Assembly (NCBI GenBank): GCA_964595465.1
Contig: CAZQQI010000011.1
Span: forward strand, 8,301 to 72,300
Reading direction: 5' to 3'
Length of the DNA: 64,000 nucleotides
From: an uncultured Planctomycetales bacterium
GTDB taxonomy: Bacteria > Omnitrophota > Gorgyraeia > Zapsychrales > JANLHA01
This document shows, one piece after another, positions 47,712 through 58,100 of the stretch. The position numbers and the translations under genes were made by a program. Positions within the stretch are counted from its first letter, which is position 1. Each line of letters starts with the position of its first letter. The notes beneath the pieces were generated by a model, which saw only the letters and a list, made by a program, of their open reading frames with translations, was not told where the DNA came from and ran no database searches.

Positions 47712-49076
47712 TTAATCGTCTTCATCCGGATTTTTTTCCGGATATTTGACCCGGCTGTGATACATAGCGCTAAGGACACGGGTAAAGGTGGTCGCGATCC
47801 GGTCGATCTCTTTTAGGGTAAGTTGACAGTCATCCAGCTGCCCATCAATAAACTTATTATTGATGATCTTGCGGACGACCTCTTCGATCTTCTGCGGGTT
47901 CGGTTCATCGAGAGAGCGGGTCGCAGCTTCCACTGAATCCGCCAGCAGAACGATCGCAGTCTCTTTTCTCTGCGGCTTAGGCCCGGGATAACGGAAATCA
48001 TCTTCTTTGACCGTTGAAGGATCATCCGCTTCCTCCAGTGCCTTTTGATAAAAAAAGTACGTCATACTGGTCCCGTGATGCTGGGGAATAAAATCCGCGA
48101 TGACTGGATTCAATTTATATTTTTTTGCCATATCCATACCGCGCTTCACATGGTTGATGATCACCAGCTTGCTCATCGACGGCTCGATCGTATCATGTTT
48201 ATTGCCCCCAACAAGCTGATTCTCGGTGAAATATTCCGGCTTTTCCAGTTTGCCGATATCGTGATAATACGCCCCGACCCTGGTTAACAGGGCGTTGGCA
48301 TTGATCGAATCCGCCGCGGACTCGGCCATGTTCCCGACCACCAGGCTGTGATGATATGTCCCCGGAGCCTCAAGGATCATCTTTTTCAAAAGAGGCTGAT
48401 TGAAGTCAGAGAGCTCAAGCAGGCTGAAGTTGGTCAAGACACCGAAAAGGATTTCAAAAACTTTCAGCAGGGCCAGCGTAATGAATGAGGCCAAAAAACC
48501 GTTGACCAGCAACGGACGCAGATATTCGGCCCAGAATCCCGGGCAGACCACCCGGTTGCCGCAGATATTGAAAAGCATGGCGGCAAAGATCTGCATGACC
48601 GCAACATAGAGGCCGGCGTTGATCATAGTCCCCCGGCTGCGGGCATCCTTAACGCTGTAGGCAGCGGTCAGGCTGCCGACCGAAAAAATGAGTGCCATTT
48701 CCAGAGAGCCGTCAACGGCCAAAACCGCCAAAAGGCTCCCCACCAGTGACATAATAAAAACCAGATGAAAATCATTAAATAACAGCATCGTCAGCATCGC
48801 GCTGACCGCGACCGGAGCGAAATACGGGGATATCTGAAGATAATTCATGGCGGTCGCGGTCATGGCCATAGGCAGGGCCAGTAAAAGGCCGAACTGGAGA
48901 TACATTTTGCGGCTGGCCCGGCGGATAAACAGCATATGCATGGCCGTGAACAGCAGGATCAAAGGAATAATATAAGAGATCCCGGCAACGAAGCAGAAAA
49001 CCGCCAGAAGGATCAGGATAACCGCACCGATCAGGAAGTCACGCAGGGTCACGTGTTCTGAGATAATCTCTTTCAT
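47712..49076 (-). CDS. pgpH: 7TM-HD membrane phosphohydrolase (PgpH/YqfF-like)
   Basis: Seven TM helices followed by an HD domain (HHSLVVGNMAES...YYHDIGK...). Confidence 0.8.
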   Translation of the reverse strand: MKEIISEHVTLRDFLIGAVILILLAVFCFVAGISYIIPLILLFTAMHMLFIRRASRKMYLQFGLLLALPMAMTATAMNYLQISPYFAPVAVSAMLTMLLFNDFHLVFIMSLVGSLLAVLAVDGSLEMALIFSVGSLTAAYSVKDARSRGTMINAGLYVAVMQIFAAMLFNICGNRVVCPGFWAEYLRPLLVNGFLASFITLALLKVFEILFGVLTNFSLLELSDFNQPLLKKMILEAPGTYHHSLVVGNMAESAADSINANALLTRVGAYYHDIGKLEKPEYFTENQLVGGNKHDTIEPSMSKLVIINHVKRGMDMAKKYKLNPVIADFIPQHHGTSMTYFFYQKALEEADDPSTVKEDDFRYPGPKPQRKETAIVLLADSVEAATRSLDEPNPQKIEEVVRKIINNKFIDGQLDDCQLTLKEIDRIATTFTRVLSAMYHSRVKYPEKNPDEDD

Positions 49077-50044
49077 CAGGCACCGCTTTCCAGCGAGGCA
49101 TAGGCCTCGATAATCTTTTGGACCAGTTCGTGACGGACAACGTCCTTGCCGGTCAGATGAATGAACTTAATATCGTCAAGATGCCCAAGGATTTTCTGCG
49201 ACCCTGCCAACCCGTTCGATGTCCCAACAGGCAGATCACTCTGGGTCAGATCTCCGGTGATAACGGTCTTGGAATCAAATCCCAGACGGGTCAAGAACAT
49301 TTTCATTTGAAAGGTGGTGGAGTTCTGGGCCTCGTCCAGAATAATGAACGCCTCGTTGAGAGTGCGGCCGCGCATAAAGGCCAGCGGAGCGATCTCGATG
49401 ATGCCCTGCTCAGTATACTGTTCGACTTTTTCCGGATCCATCATTTCATACAGCGCATCGTACATCGGCCGCAGATACGGCGAGACCTTTTCCATCATAT
49501 CCCCCGGCAGAAATCCCAGGCTCTCCCCGGCCTCGATCGCCGGACGCGTTAAAATAATGCGCCGGACCAGACCTTTTTTCAGCGCGTTGACCGCCATGGC
49601 TATGGCCAGGTACGTCTTTCCTGTCCCCGCCGGACCAATACCGAAAACAATATCATACTTGCGGATCGCCTCGACATATTCGATCTGCCCTTTGGTCTTG
49701 GGCGTGATGACACCGCCCCGGATAGGGACCTGAATGCGTTTTCGAGCCAGACGTTTGAAGTCGACCCCGCTGTCCGCCCGGGCGAGCTGAACCGCGTAGA
49801 TCACATCACGCTTTTTGATCTCCCGGCCGTCGGCGACAATGCTTAAAAGATATTCCACCATTTCGCCGACCTGCTGAACAGCATCGTCATTTCCTACGAC
49901 TTTAACTCCTGTATCCGTACGGATCATTTTGACATCCATCTCGGATTCGATCAGTTTCAGGTTCTGGTCATACTTCCCGAACAGGACCTGAGCGTCCTGC
50001 ATCGTATTCAGATAGATATCTTTTTCCATACGTTTTTGACTCAA
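49076..50044 (-). CDS. phoH: PhoH-like ATPase
   Basis: Walker A GPAGTGKTYLAIAMAV; PhoH/YbeZ family; 322 aa. Confidence 0.9.
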   Translation of the reverse strand: MSQKRMEKDIYLNTMQDAQVLFGKYDQNLKLIESEMDVKMIRTDTGVKVVGNDDAVQQVGEMVEYLLSIVADGREIKKRDVIYAVQLARADSGVDFKRLARKRIQVPIRGGVITPKTKGQIEYVEAIRKYDIVFGIGPAGTGKTYLAIAMAVNALKKGLVRRIILTRPAIEAGESLGFLPGDMMEKVSPYLRPMYDALYEMMDPEKVEQYTEQGIIEIAPLAFMRGRTLNEAFIILDEAQNSTTFQMKMFLTRLGFDSKTVITGDLTQSDLPVGTSNGLAGSQKILGHLDDIKFIHLTGKDVVRHELVQKIIEAYASLESGA

Positions 50045-50064
50045 GTCGAACCTTTCCGCAACGG

Positions 50065-50658
50065 TTATTTATATACCGGGATCTTGATGGTCATGCCGGG
50101 GCTGATCCGGTCGGGGTTAGGCAGAACATCTTTGTTCTCCTCATAGATCATGATCCACTTCTGATAAGTGTCATAATACTTCTTGGAGATCTTCTGCAGG
50201 GTGTCGCCCTCCTGCACGGTATATTCTTCATAGGTCAATTCTTTATCCATGTCCGGCAGCGGCTCTTCGACCTTAACCGGTTCAGTCCATTTGGGCTTTG
50301 GTTCCGGCTTGGATTTGGGCGGCACACGGACCGGCTCAACATCCGGAATAGGCTGGAGTTGAAGGTCTTCCACCTCTTCAGGACGGTCGACATTTTTGGT
50401 CACTTCCACCACATAGATCTTCCGGGTCTTTTTGATATCACTGCGGTCCGGCGCCTGGGGCTGACCGGAAATATACCCGAAATTTCCCTTTTCCATAGAC
50501 TGGTCAAGACGGGGCTTTTCCTCGGCATACATCTGGACCTCCAGGCCGCCTTTTTTGACGCCCGCCTGCGGGGTCTGCTGCTGACGAGTTGCTGAACAGC
50601 CGGTCATCATCCCGGTCGATAGAAAAACTGTGATCATCATAAAAATAGTTTTACGCAT
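50065..50658 (-). CDS. LysM-domain lipoprotein
   Basis: Start at MRKTIFMMITVFLSTGMMTGCSA (lipobox). C-terminal LysM YTVQEGDTLQKISKKYY...ISPGMTIKIP. Confidence 0.6.
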   Translation of the reverse strand: MRKTIFMMITVFLSTGMMTGCSATRQQQTPQAGVKKGGLEVQMYAEEKPRLDQSMEKGNFGYISGQPQAPDRSDIKKTRKIYVVEVTKNVDRPEEVEDLQLQPIPDVEPVRVPPKSKPEPKPKWTEPVKVEEPLPDMDKELTYEEYTVQEGDTLQKISKKYYDTYQKWIMIYEENKDVLPNPDRISPGMTIKIPVYK

Positions 50659-52060
50659 GTTCTGCTCCTTTGTTCCATGCCACAACACCCACTTCCGCCA
50701 GCTGATGCTCATCAACCGGAGAAGGGGCATCGGTAATAAGGCAGGTTCCTTTCTGCGTCTTGGGAAACGCAATGGTATCGCGGATCGAATCCAGGCCGGC
50801 TAAGATCGCTACCAGACGGTCGATGCCGAAGGCGATCCCCGCGTGCGGTGGAGCGCCGTATTCAAACGCCCTGAGCAAAAAGCCGAACCGTTCTTGGGCC
50901 TCCTTTTCATCGATCCCTATGATCTCAAAAATCTTGCGCTGAACATCCTGCTGATGAATACGGACCGACCCGCTGGCCAGTTCACTGCCGTTAAGGACCA
51001 GGTCATACGAACATGACCGGACCCGTTGATATTCCCCTTTATCAAAATACTCCCGGTCTTCTTCCCGGAACGATGTAAACGGATGGTGCTCACTGTCCCA
51101 GCGTTTTTCCTCTTCATTATATTTAAATAATGGGAAATCTACAACCCAAAGAAACGCGAATTCATTCGGGTCGGTTTTGTCCTGACGGAGGTCCGGTTTA
51201 TCAGTCTGATACGTTGCCATGGCCTCGGCGTGGGTCATGCGCGGGAATGATCCCGGCAGATCAACACCTTTCAGGTCTTGAAATATCTTACGGAACAACC
51301 GTTCTGTGATATCAAAGACATCCTCCTGATCGACAAACGACATCTCCATATCCAGCTGGGTAAATTCCGGCTGGCGGTCGGCGCGCAGGTCTTCATCACG
51401 GAAGCATTTGACGATCTGATAATATTTATCCATGCCCGCCACCATCAGGATCTGCTTGAATAACTGAGGGGATTGGGGCAGGGCGTAAAACTTGCCCTGA
51501 TGCATGCGTGAAGGGACCAGGAAATCTCGCGCTCCCTCGGGGGTCGATTTGGTCAAGACCGGGGTTTCGATATTCAAAAAATCCTCTTCATCCAGAAAAC
51601 GGTGGCATTGCGCGCACAAGCGGTGTCGCAAAGCCAGGGCCTCGGCCACACGTTCTCGACGCAGATCCAGATAACGGTGAGTGAGACGGTGCTCTTCGCC
51701 GACTTCTCCTGCGTCATCGATTTCAAAGACCGGCGTCTTGCTGACATTCAGGATCTCAAGGGCCGTCGCGCAAACCTCGACTTCACCTGTGGCAATATCA
51801 GGATTGACGTTCTTGCCGGAACGGGCCACGACCTCTCCGGTCACCTTGATCACATACTCCGGACCGAGCTCCTGAGCGGTCTGATGCGCCTCTTGACTGA
51901 CCCCGGGGACAAAAACCACCTGGGTCAGGCCATAACGGTCGCGGATGTCGATAAAGATCAATTTTCCGTGGTCGCGGCGGCGGTGAACCCAGCCGCACAG
52001 CGTCACGGTCTGCTTTTCCATGTCTTTGCGTATTTCTCCGCAGGTATGTGTTCTCAACAT
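50651..52060 (-). CDS. aspS: aspartyl-tRNA synthetase (bacterial-type sequence but lacking the GAD insertion)
   Basis: MLRTHTCGEIRK...LCGWVHRRRDHGKLIFIDIRDRYG OB domain. Class II motifs are present. Only about 10 aa lie between ...YQTDKPDLR and FAFLWVVDFPLF, where bacterial AspRS carries the GAD domain of about 130 aa. The start is preceded by AGGAGAAG. Confidence 0.9.
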   Translation of the reverse strand: MLRTHTCGEIRKDMEKQTVTLCGWVHRRRDHGKLIFIDIRDRYGLTQVVFVPGVSQEAHQTAQELGPEYVIKVTGEVVARSGKNVNPDIATGEVEVCATALEILNVSKTPVFEIDDAGEVGEEHRLTHRYLDLRRERVAEALALRHRLCAQCHRFLDEEDFLNIETPVLTKSTPEGARDFLVPSRMHQGKFYALPQSPQLFKQILMVAGMDKYYQIVKCFRDEDLRADRQPEFTQLDMEMSFVDQEDVFDITERLFRKIFQDLKGVDLPGSFPRMTHAEAMATYQTDKPDLRQDKTDPNEFAFLWVVDFPLFKYNEEEKRWDSEHHPFTSFREEDREYFDKGEYQRVRSCSYDLVLNGSELASGSVRIHQQDVQRKIFEIIGIDEKEAQERFGFLLRAFEYGAPPHAGIAFGIDRLVAILAGLDSIRDTIAFPKTQKGTCLITDAPSPVDEHQLAEVGVVAWNKGAEHA

Positions 52061-52144
52061 CGTCTTTCTTCTCCTATCTCCATAAACAGCCGGCAATACC
52101 GGGCCCATAATAAAATTTTATACCAAAAACAGTACTAACCATGA

Positions 52145-53443
52145 TCACTTCTGCGGATTCAACTCAGCAATCAAAGCATCCATATTTTCAAGGGATATAT
52201 CCTGCTGTTCCCCGGAGGTCATATTTTTCAACGTCACTGTGCCGCAGGCCAACTCCTCTTCTCCCAGAATTAAAACATAACGCGCCCCGGCCTTATCCGC
52301 CTGACGCATCTGACTCTTCATGGATCCGCCGACAAAAGACATATCAGTCATTACATTCCCGAAGCGCAATCTCTGCAAAAGCTGAACAGCTTTCGGAGCT
52401 GCAGCGTCTCCCAAAACAATAAAAAAGGCATCTAAAACACACGGAATCGATCTCTTCTCCTCACAGGCCAGCAGGATCCGTTCCATCCCCAAAGCAAAAC
52501 CAGTCGCGTCAGCCTGCGGACCGCCCAATTGCCGGACCAAAGTATTATATCGCCCCCCGGCTCCCACTGCATCCTGCGCGCCAAGTGACGGGCACGACAC
52601 CTCAAAGACCGTATGCGTATAATAATCCAGGCCCCGGACCAAATACGGATCTTCCTGAAACATTACGCCCAATAAATTCAGGGCGGATTTGACCTGCTCA
52701 TAATATTCCCGGCTTTCCGGCACGAGATGATCATATCCCACATTCAATCCGTGAATCAGCTCGCGGCAGGATGCCTTTTTACAATCCAGAACACGAAAAA
52801 CATTACGTTCACACCGGTCACGGCAGTCCGGGCATAACCGATCCAGCTGAGGGGAGAGTTGCTTCAATAATGTCTTAGCCAACGCATCCTTATCTTGCGG
52901 TGTTCCCAGCGTATTGATCTTGAGTTCAAAATCCTTAAGGCCGAAGGACTTAAGCAATTCCACACAAAGAGCAATAGTCTCGGCATCCAGATAGGGATTC
53001 GCTGTATCCGGACCAATGGCCTCTACCCCGATCTGATGAAATTGCCGCAGGCGGCCTTTTTGAGGACGCTCCCCGCGAAACATCGGCCCGATATAATACA
53101 TTTTGGACAAACGTTCTGTCCTGTCCAGCCTGTGCTGAATATAAGAACGGACAATCGCGGCCGTGCCCTCCGGACGGAGAGACAATTTAGAAGAGGCCAT
53201 ATCCCGGGCATCAGAGGATTCCCCCTGAGATGCCAGGTTCAGCATCTGTTTCTGCACGATATCTGAAGTGCTCCCCACAGACCGGGCGAAGAGCTCTGTT
53301 TCTTCAAAAAACGGAGTGCGGATCTCCCGGTAGCCGTAACGGGCCAGCTGAGTCCGTGCTGTGCGCTCCAGCTCCTGCCAGGCAGCCGTCTCTGCCGGTA
53401 AAATATCAGCTGTTCCTCTGGGATTGGTCAATCCTTTAGCCAT
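52145..53443 (-). CDS. hisS: histidyl-tRNA synthetase
   Basis: Class IIa motifs (YYIGPMFRGERPQKGRLRQFHQIGVE, GGRYN) and a C-terminal anticodon-binding domain; 432 aa. Confidence 0.95.
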   Translation of the reverse strand: MAKGLTNPRGTADILPAETAAWQELERTARTQLARYGYREIRTPFFEETELFARSVGSTSDIVQKQMLNLASQGESSDARDMASSKLSLRPEGTAAIVRSYIQHRLDRTERLSKMYYIGPMFRGERPQKGRLRQFHQIGVEAIGPDTANPYLDAETIALCVELLKSFGLKDFELKINTLGTPQDKDALAKTLLKQLSPQLDRLCPDCRDRCERNVFRVLDCKKASCRELIHGLNVGYDHLVPESREYYEQVKSALNLLGVMFQEDPYLVRGLDYYTHTVFEVSCPSLGAQDAVGAGGRYNTLVRQLGGPQADATGFALGMERILLACEEKRSIPCVLDAFFIVLGDAAAPKAVQLLQRLRFGNVMTDMSFVGGSMKSQMRQADKAGARYVLILGEEELACGTVTLKNMTSGEQQDISLENMDALIAELNPQK

Positions 53444-53457
53444 AATTCCCCTGTCCT

Positions 53458-53492
53458 TCTAATCGGAAAGGCGGAGGAAGCCCCCCCGCCTG
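53458..53492 (-). terminator. putative intrinsic terminator after hup
   Basis: The minus strand reads AGGCGGGGG-GGCTT-CCTCCGCCT (a 9-bp stem with one G-U pair) followed by TTCCGATT. The T-tract is weak. Confidence 0.4.
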
Positions 53493-53552
53493 ATATGCTT
53501 TACGCATCAAAGCCGTTGTCCCGGAATCCCTTGGGAAGAAATTCGGCAGCAG

Positions 53553-53825
53553 CTATTTTATCTTTTGTTTCATTTCAAGACCCGGCTTAAACACCACAAC
53601 CTTACGGGGAGGCACGGGCACGCCTTCACCGGTCCGCGGATTGCGTCCGAAACGGGCTTTGCGCTCCTTGATCTTGAACACACCGAAATTCCGCAATTCG
53701 ACCTTTTCGTTACGCACCAAACTCTCGACGACGACATCAAGTGTTGCCTGAACAATAGTCTTGACATCGACCTGCTTGATCCCGGTCATATCGGTAATCT
53801 TCAGCACGATATCTTTCTTGGTCAT
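53553..53825 (-). CDS. hup: HU/IHF-family DNA-binding protein
   Basis: MTKKDIVLKITDMTGIKQVDVKTIVQATLD...FGVFKIKERKARFGRNPRTGEGVPVPPRKVVVFKPG. The start is preceded by GGGAGGTG. 91 aa. Confidence 0.85.
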   Translation of the reverse strand: MTKKDIVLKITDMTGIKQVDVKTIVQATLDVVVESLVRNEKVELRNFGVFKIKERKARFGRNPRTGEGVPVPPRKVVVFKPGLEMKQKIK

Positions 53826-53917
53826 GAGATTCACCTCCCTTTGTCGTAAACATCGTATCAACAAGGGTTTAGGGTGTCAAGCGATTTTTGAAGGCGAATT
53901 TTTTCGACCTAACGGAT

Positions 53918-54163
53918 TCACAAAGTGCGGGATGGCTGCTTTTTATGCCATTTGCCGTCATCGCCCTTTTTATACTGACTTTTAACGGCGTTCCAGGCGA
54001 CCTTGCGGGCGGTCGCTTCTCGGCCGGAACTGTCTTTACGCTTATCAGATGAAGAGTATTCATCATAAGCGCTGTTGAATGCTTTCCTGAAAATCTCCTG
54101 CGCATGCTGAGGAAGAATATCCTGTAAATTTGCCGGCAGGTCTTTACGGGAAGAATACGGCAT
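53918..54163 (-). CDS. chaB: ChaB-family protein
   Basis: MPYSSRKDLPANLQDILPQHAQEIFRKAFNSAYDEY... matches the ChaB N-terminus. The start is preceded by AGGAGG. The track's longer ORF adds an implausible Cys-rich hydrophobic leader. Confidence 0.7.
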   Translation of the reverse strand: MPYSSRKDLPANLQDILPQHAQEIFRKAFNSAYDEYSSSDKRKDSSGREATARKVAWNAVKSQYKKGDDGKWHKKQPSRTL

Positions 54164-54285
54164 GATTACCTCCTGAAATTGAGATCCCGGGACTAACGGG
54201 AAAAAAAATATGACAGACATACAAGCACACAAATTATGTCACTCTTGATCCTATACAATATGTTCTTCGATCCAACAGCCCTCAC

Positions 54286-54418
54286 ACGAATGGCGCTAAA
54301 AAAGATTGGGATGTGTTCGCAGAGCGAGTTGCGAACCGAACGATTAACGATTCACTATAAAAACGTTCGGGAGGCTGTTTGAGCGAACGAGCACATCCTA
54401 ATCTTCATGAGCCATTCG
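54286..54418 (+). repeat. family-1 structured intergenic element, copy D
   Basis: acgaatggcgctaaaaaagattgggatgtgttcg + core + agcacatcctaatcttcatgagccattcgg. The inner stem pairs gatTggg with cctAatc, where copies B and C pair gatCggg with cccGatc. Confidence 0.8.
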
Positions 54419-54623
54419 GCGGGGGAACTCGCTCGAAAACACATGACACAGTCTCCTTTTAATGACATAATTCCTGAGCATTAACCCCAGCCAACTTTTG
54501 TGAAGAAAAAAGGATGATGACTATTTAATTAATTGTAAACTTTTGATAATAAACAATTTATGAGATACGACACCATTTTTTTTCTTAACACCAGGCCCAT
54601 CTGCGGGACCGGGGACTGTTGTA

Positions 54624-54794
54624 TCATTGCTGCATCTGTTCGACTTCACGCTCAACATCCTGCGCGGCATCCCGCGTTCCTTCCGATACGGTCTCCCCGG
54701 CCTGTTCCATATCATTCTGCGCTTCTTCACAGCCGGTCAAAACGATCCCTGCAAATAAAATCATTATCATAATAATTCCTTTACGGTAAGACAT
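54624..54794 (-). CDS. small lipoprotein (56 aa)
   Basis: MSYRKGIIMIMILFAGIVLTGC lipobox signal, preceded by AAGAGGAGG. Acidic mature part. Confidence 0.5.
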   Translation of the reverse strand: MSYRKGIIMIMILFAGIVLTGCEEAQNDMEQAGETVSEGTRDAAQDVEREVEQMQQ

Positions 54795-54826
54795 ATTCCC
54801 TCCTCTTTTCATTGTTTATCAGACAT

Positions 54827-54988
54827 TCAAACTCTTTTCTTTCCAGAAATAAGAGCTACGACAAATAAAATCAAAAAGATAACAAATAAAACCTTGGCAA
54901 TCGACGCTGCCGTTCCGGCGACCCCGCCAAATCCAAAAACAGCAGCGATAATCGCGATCACCAAAAATGTTATGGCCCAAGATAACAT
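54827..54988 (-). CDS. UPF0391/DUF1328 small membrane protein (53 aa; missed by the ORF track)
   Basis: My own reverse translation gives [53 protein letters not shown]. It is preceded by GGGAGCGG. This is the typical YtjA-like family sequence. Confidence 0.7.
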   Translation of the reverse strand: MLSWAITFLVIAIIAAVFGFGGVAGTAASIAKVLFVIFLILFVVALISGKKRV

Positions 54989-55164
54989 AGCCGCTCCCTT
55001 CTTTTACGTTGAATGATCTATAAAATCGTCCTTCCCGAAGAGGACGCTACTCTTAAACACATGATAGCGGGAACGGATAAAGCCGCATAGACAGGGAATC
55101 CCCTTTTAATGGAGCGGATTCTACTATCCCCTGTTTAAGAAATAAAAAAACAAAAAGGCAGGAT

Positions 55165-58100
55165 TCAGATGGTCACCGCGAAATTTTCTTCGCCGACCAT
55201 TTCTTTGATATTGTTAAGAAGCATCTCACTGGGGGCGACATGCAGTTCCCGTCCGACCAGGATCTGCACGCTTTTGTACCGGCGGGTATCCAGCTGCAGA
55301 TAGACCGGGACCTCTCCGGGGAATTGGGAAAGCTTGTGTTTAAAACGGTTCAGGCCGCTTTGATCCACTCCTGCCAGGTTAACCCGGACCGCGCGGATCG
55401 CATCATAAACATCTGCTATCAGACGCACATCATCACAGATGATGTTGACCCGGTTCTCACGGGCGGCGGCCTTGCCCATCAGCAGGACGACCTGGCCCGG
55501 CTGAAGTTTATCCGCGACCGTATTATAGGTGGAAGGAAAGACCACGGCCTCGGCCTGCCCGTAGGCATCCTCAACCGTTAAAATGGCCATGCGCTCACCG
55601 GTCCGGCGGGTCGCGGTCAGTTTACAGCCGGTGATGATCACCACGGTCTTAACCGGGTTTCCGTCGGATAACCGCGCCAGACTACGCGTCGAACAGTTGG
55701 CGAACTTCCGCACTTCAAAAGAATACTGTTCCAAAGGATGCCCGGAAATATAAAATCCTAAAACCTCTTTTTCAAAAGCCAGCTTCTGGCTTTGACTCCA
55801 TTCCGGAATATCGGGAAACTGGTCGTCTTTTTTCTCAAAACCTTTGCCTTTCCCCTGATCCTCCATAGTGAAAAAAGACAACTGACCGGCCGCCTTCTCC
55901 TTCTGAATCTGGCCTCCGGCCTCTAAGGCTTTACCGCTGACAGCCATTAACTGCGAACGCGGAATACCGAAACTGTCCATAGCCCCGCACTTGATCAGAC
56001 TCTCGATCACTTTGCGGTTGACCAGCCTCAGGTCCACCCTCTCACAAAGGTCAAAGAGAGAGCCATACGGGCCATTTTCTTCACGGTTGAGCACGATCGA
56101 TTCAATAGCCGTCTGTCCTACATTCTTGACCGCCAAGAGACCGAAGCGGATCTGCTGATCATCAACCACGCTGAATTCCAGCATGCTCGCGTTCACGTCC
56201 GGCGGGAGGACGTCAATGCCCAGATGTTCACATTCCTTGACATATTCCACGACCTTGTCGGTGTTATCCCGTTCACAGGTCAGTAGAGCGGCCATAAATT
56301 CAACCGTATAATTCGCCTTCAGGTAAGCTGTCTGATAGGAAACCAACGCATAGGCCGCGGAATGGCTTTTATTAAAGCCGTAGCCGGAAAAATAATCGAT
56401 TAAATCGAACAGACGGTTGGCTTCCGGTTCGTTGATATGATTGATCTCCTGACAGCCCTTAACAAAATCCTTGCGCATTTTGAGCATGACATCGATCTTC
56501 TTTTTGCTCATGGCCCGACGAAGATTATCGGCCTGAGCCATGCTGAACCCGGCCAGAACACTGGCGGTCTGCATAACCTGTTCCTGATAGACGATCATCC
56601 CGAAGGTCTCTTTCAGAACACTTTCCAGCTTGTCATGCGGATATTCGACCGGCGACTCCCCTTTTTTCCGGCGCACATAGTCATCCAGCATCCCGCTGCC
56701 CATGGGGCCGGGACGGTATAACGCCAGGATAGAGATCAGGTCTTCAAACCGCGAAGGCTGGCTCTTGCGCAAAAGGTCGCGCATCCCTCCGCTTTCCAGC
56801 TGGAAGATGCCCGCGGATTTGGCTTCACTCAGCATGCCGAAGGTTTTCGGATCATCCAGGGGGATATGCTCCAGATCTACATCCATATCCCGCGTCTGTT
56901 TGATCCAGTCTACCGCCTTGGACAACACAGTCAATGTCCGCAGACCGAGAAAGTCCATTTTCAGCAGACCCATCTGGGCGATGCCGTCCATGGTAAACCC
57001 GGTCGTGACCTGATCATCAGAGGTCTTGTAAAGAGGAACATACTCGGTCAAAGGACGGTCAGCGATCACCACGCCGGCAGCGTGAATCGAAGCATGGCGG
57101 TTGAGGCCTTCCAGAACTTTAGCGGTCTCGATAACCTCTTTGGCCATGCGGTCATCGCGGCATAATTGAGCCAGCTGGGGCTCTTTTTCCAGCGCCTTGT
57201 CAATGGTCATGCCCAAATCTGGAGGAATCAGTTTGGCAATGCGGTCGACATCACCATAAGCCAGGCCGAGCACTCGTCCCACGTCCCTCACGGCCGCGCG
57301 GGCCTTCATCTTTCCAAATGTGATAATCTGAGCGACATTTTGCTTACCGTATTTTTCCGTGACATAGTCAATGACCTCGGGACGTCGGTCAAAGCAGAAA
57401 TCAATATCAATATCCGGCATCCCTGCGCGGTTGGGGTTCAAAAACCGCTCGAACAGCAGATTATAACGCAACGGATCAAGATTCGTGATCCCGAGAAGAT
57501 AAGAAACAATACTGCCGGCGGCAGAACCCCGGCCTGGGCCGACCGGAATATTCTTGGAACGGGCATAGCGCACAAAATCCCAGACGATCAGAAAGTAGGC
57601 GACAAACCCCATCTCTTTAATGATCTTAAATTCATGCTGCAAACGGCTGTGGACCCGCTCATCGGCATTAGGATATTTTTCCGGCAGGGCCTGTTCGCAT
57701 AATTCACGCAGATACTCCTCCTGGGATTTTCCTTCGGGCGGATCAAAATGGGGCAGATGATACTTACTGAAATCGAATTCCAGTTCACACTGTTCCGCGA
57801 TCCTGACCGTATTGGCGACAGCCTCCGGAGCCCAGGCGAACAACTCTTCCATCTGCCGGGGAGATTTGAAATAAAACTGGTCCGAACTCATACGCATGCG
57901 GTTGGGATCATTGAGTGTCGTCTGGGTCTGAATACAGAGCATGGCCTCATGCGCCCGCGCCTGGTCTTCTTCCAAATAATGCACGTCATTGGTCGCCACC
58001 AGAGGAATATCCAGCTCACGGGAGATCTTAAGCAGCCCTTCATTAACCGTCTTCTGCTCAGGGATGCCGTGATCCATGATCTCAAGATAAAAATTCCCCG

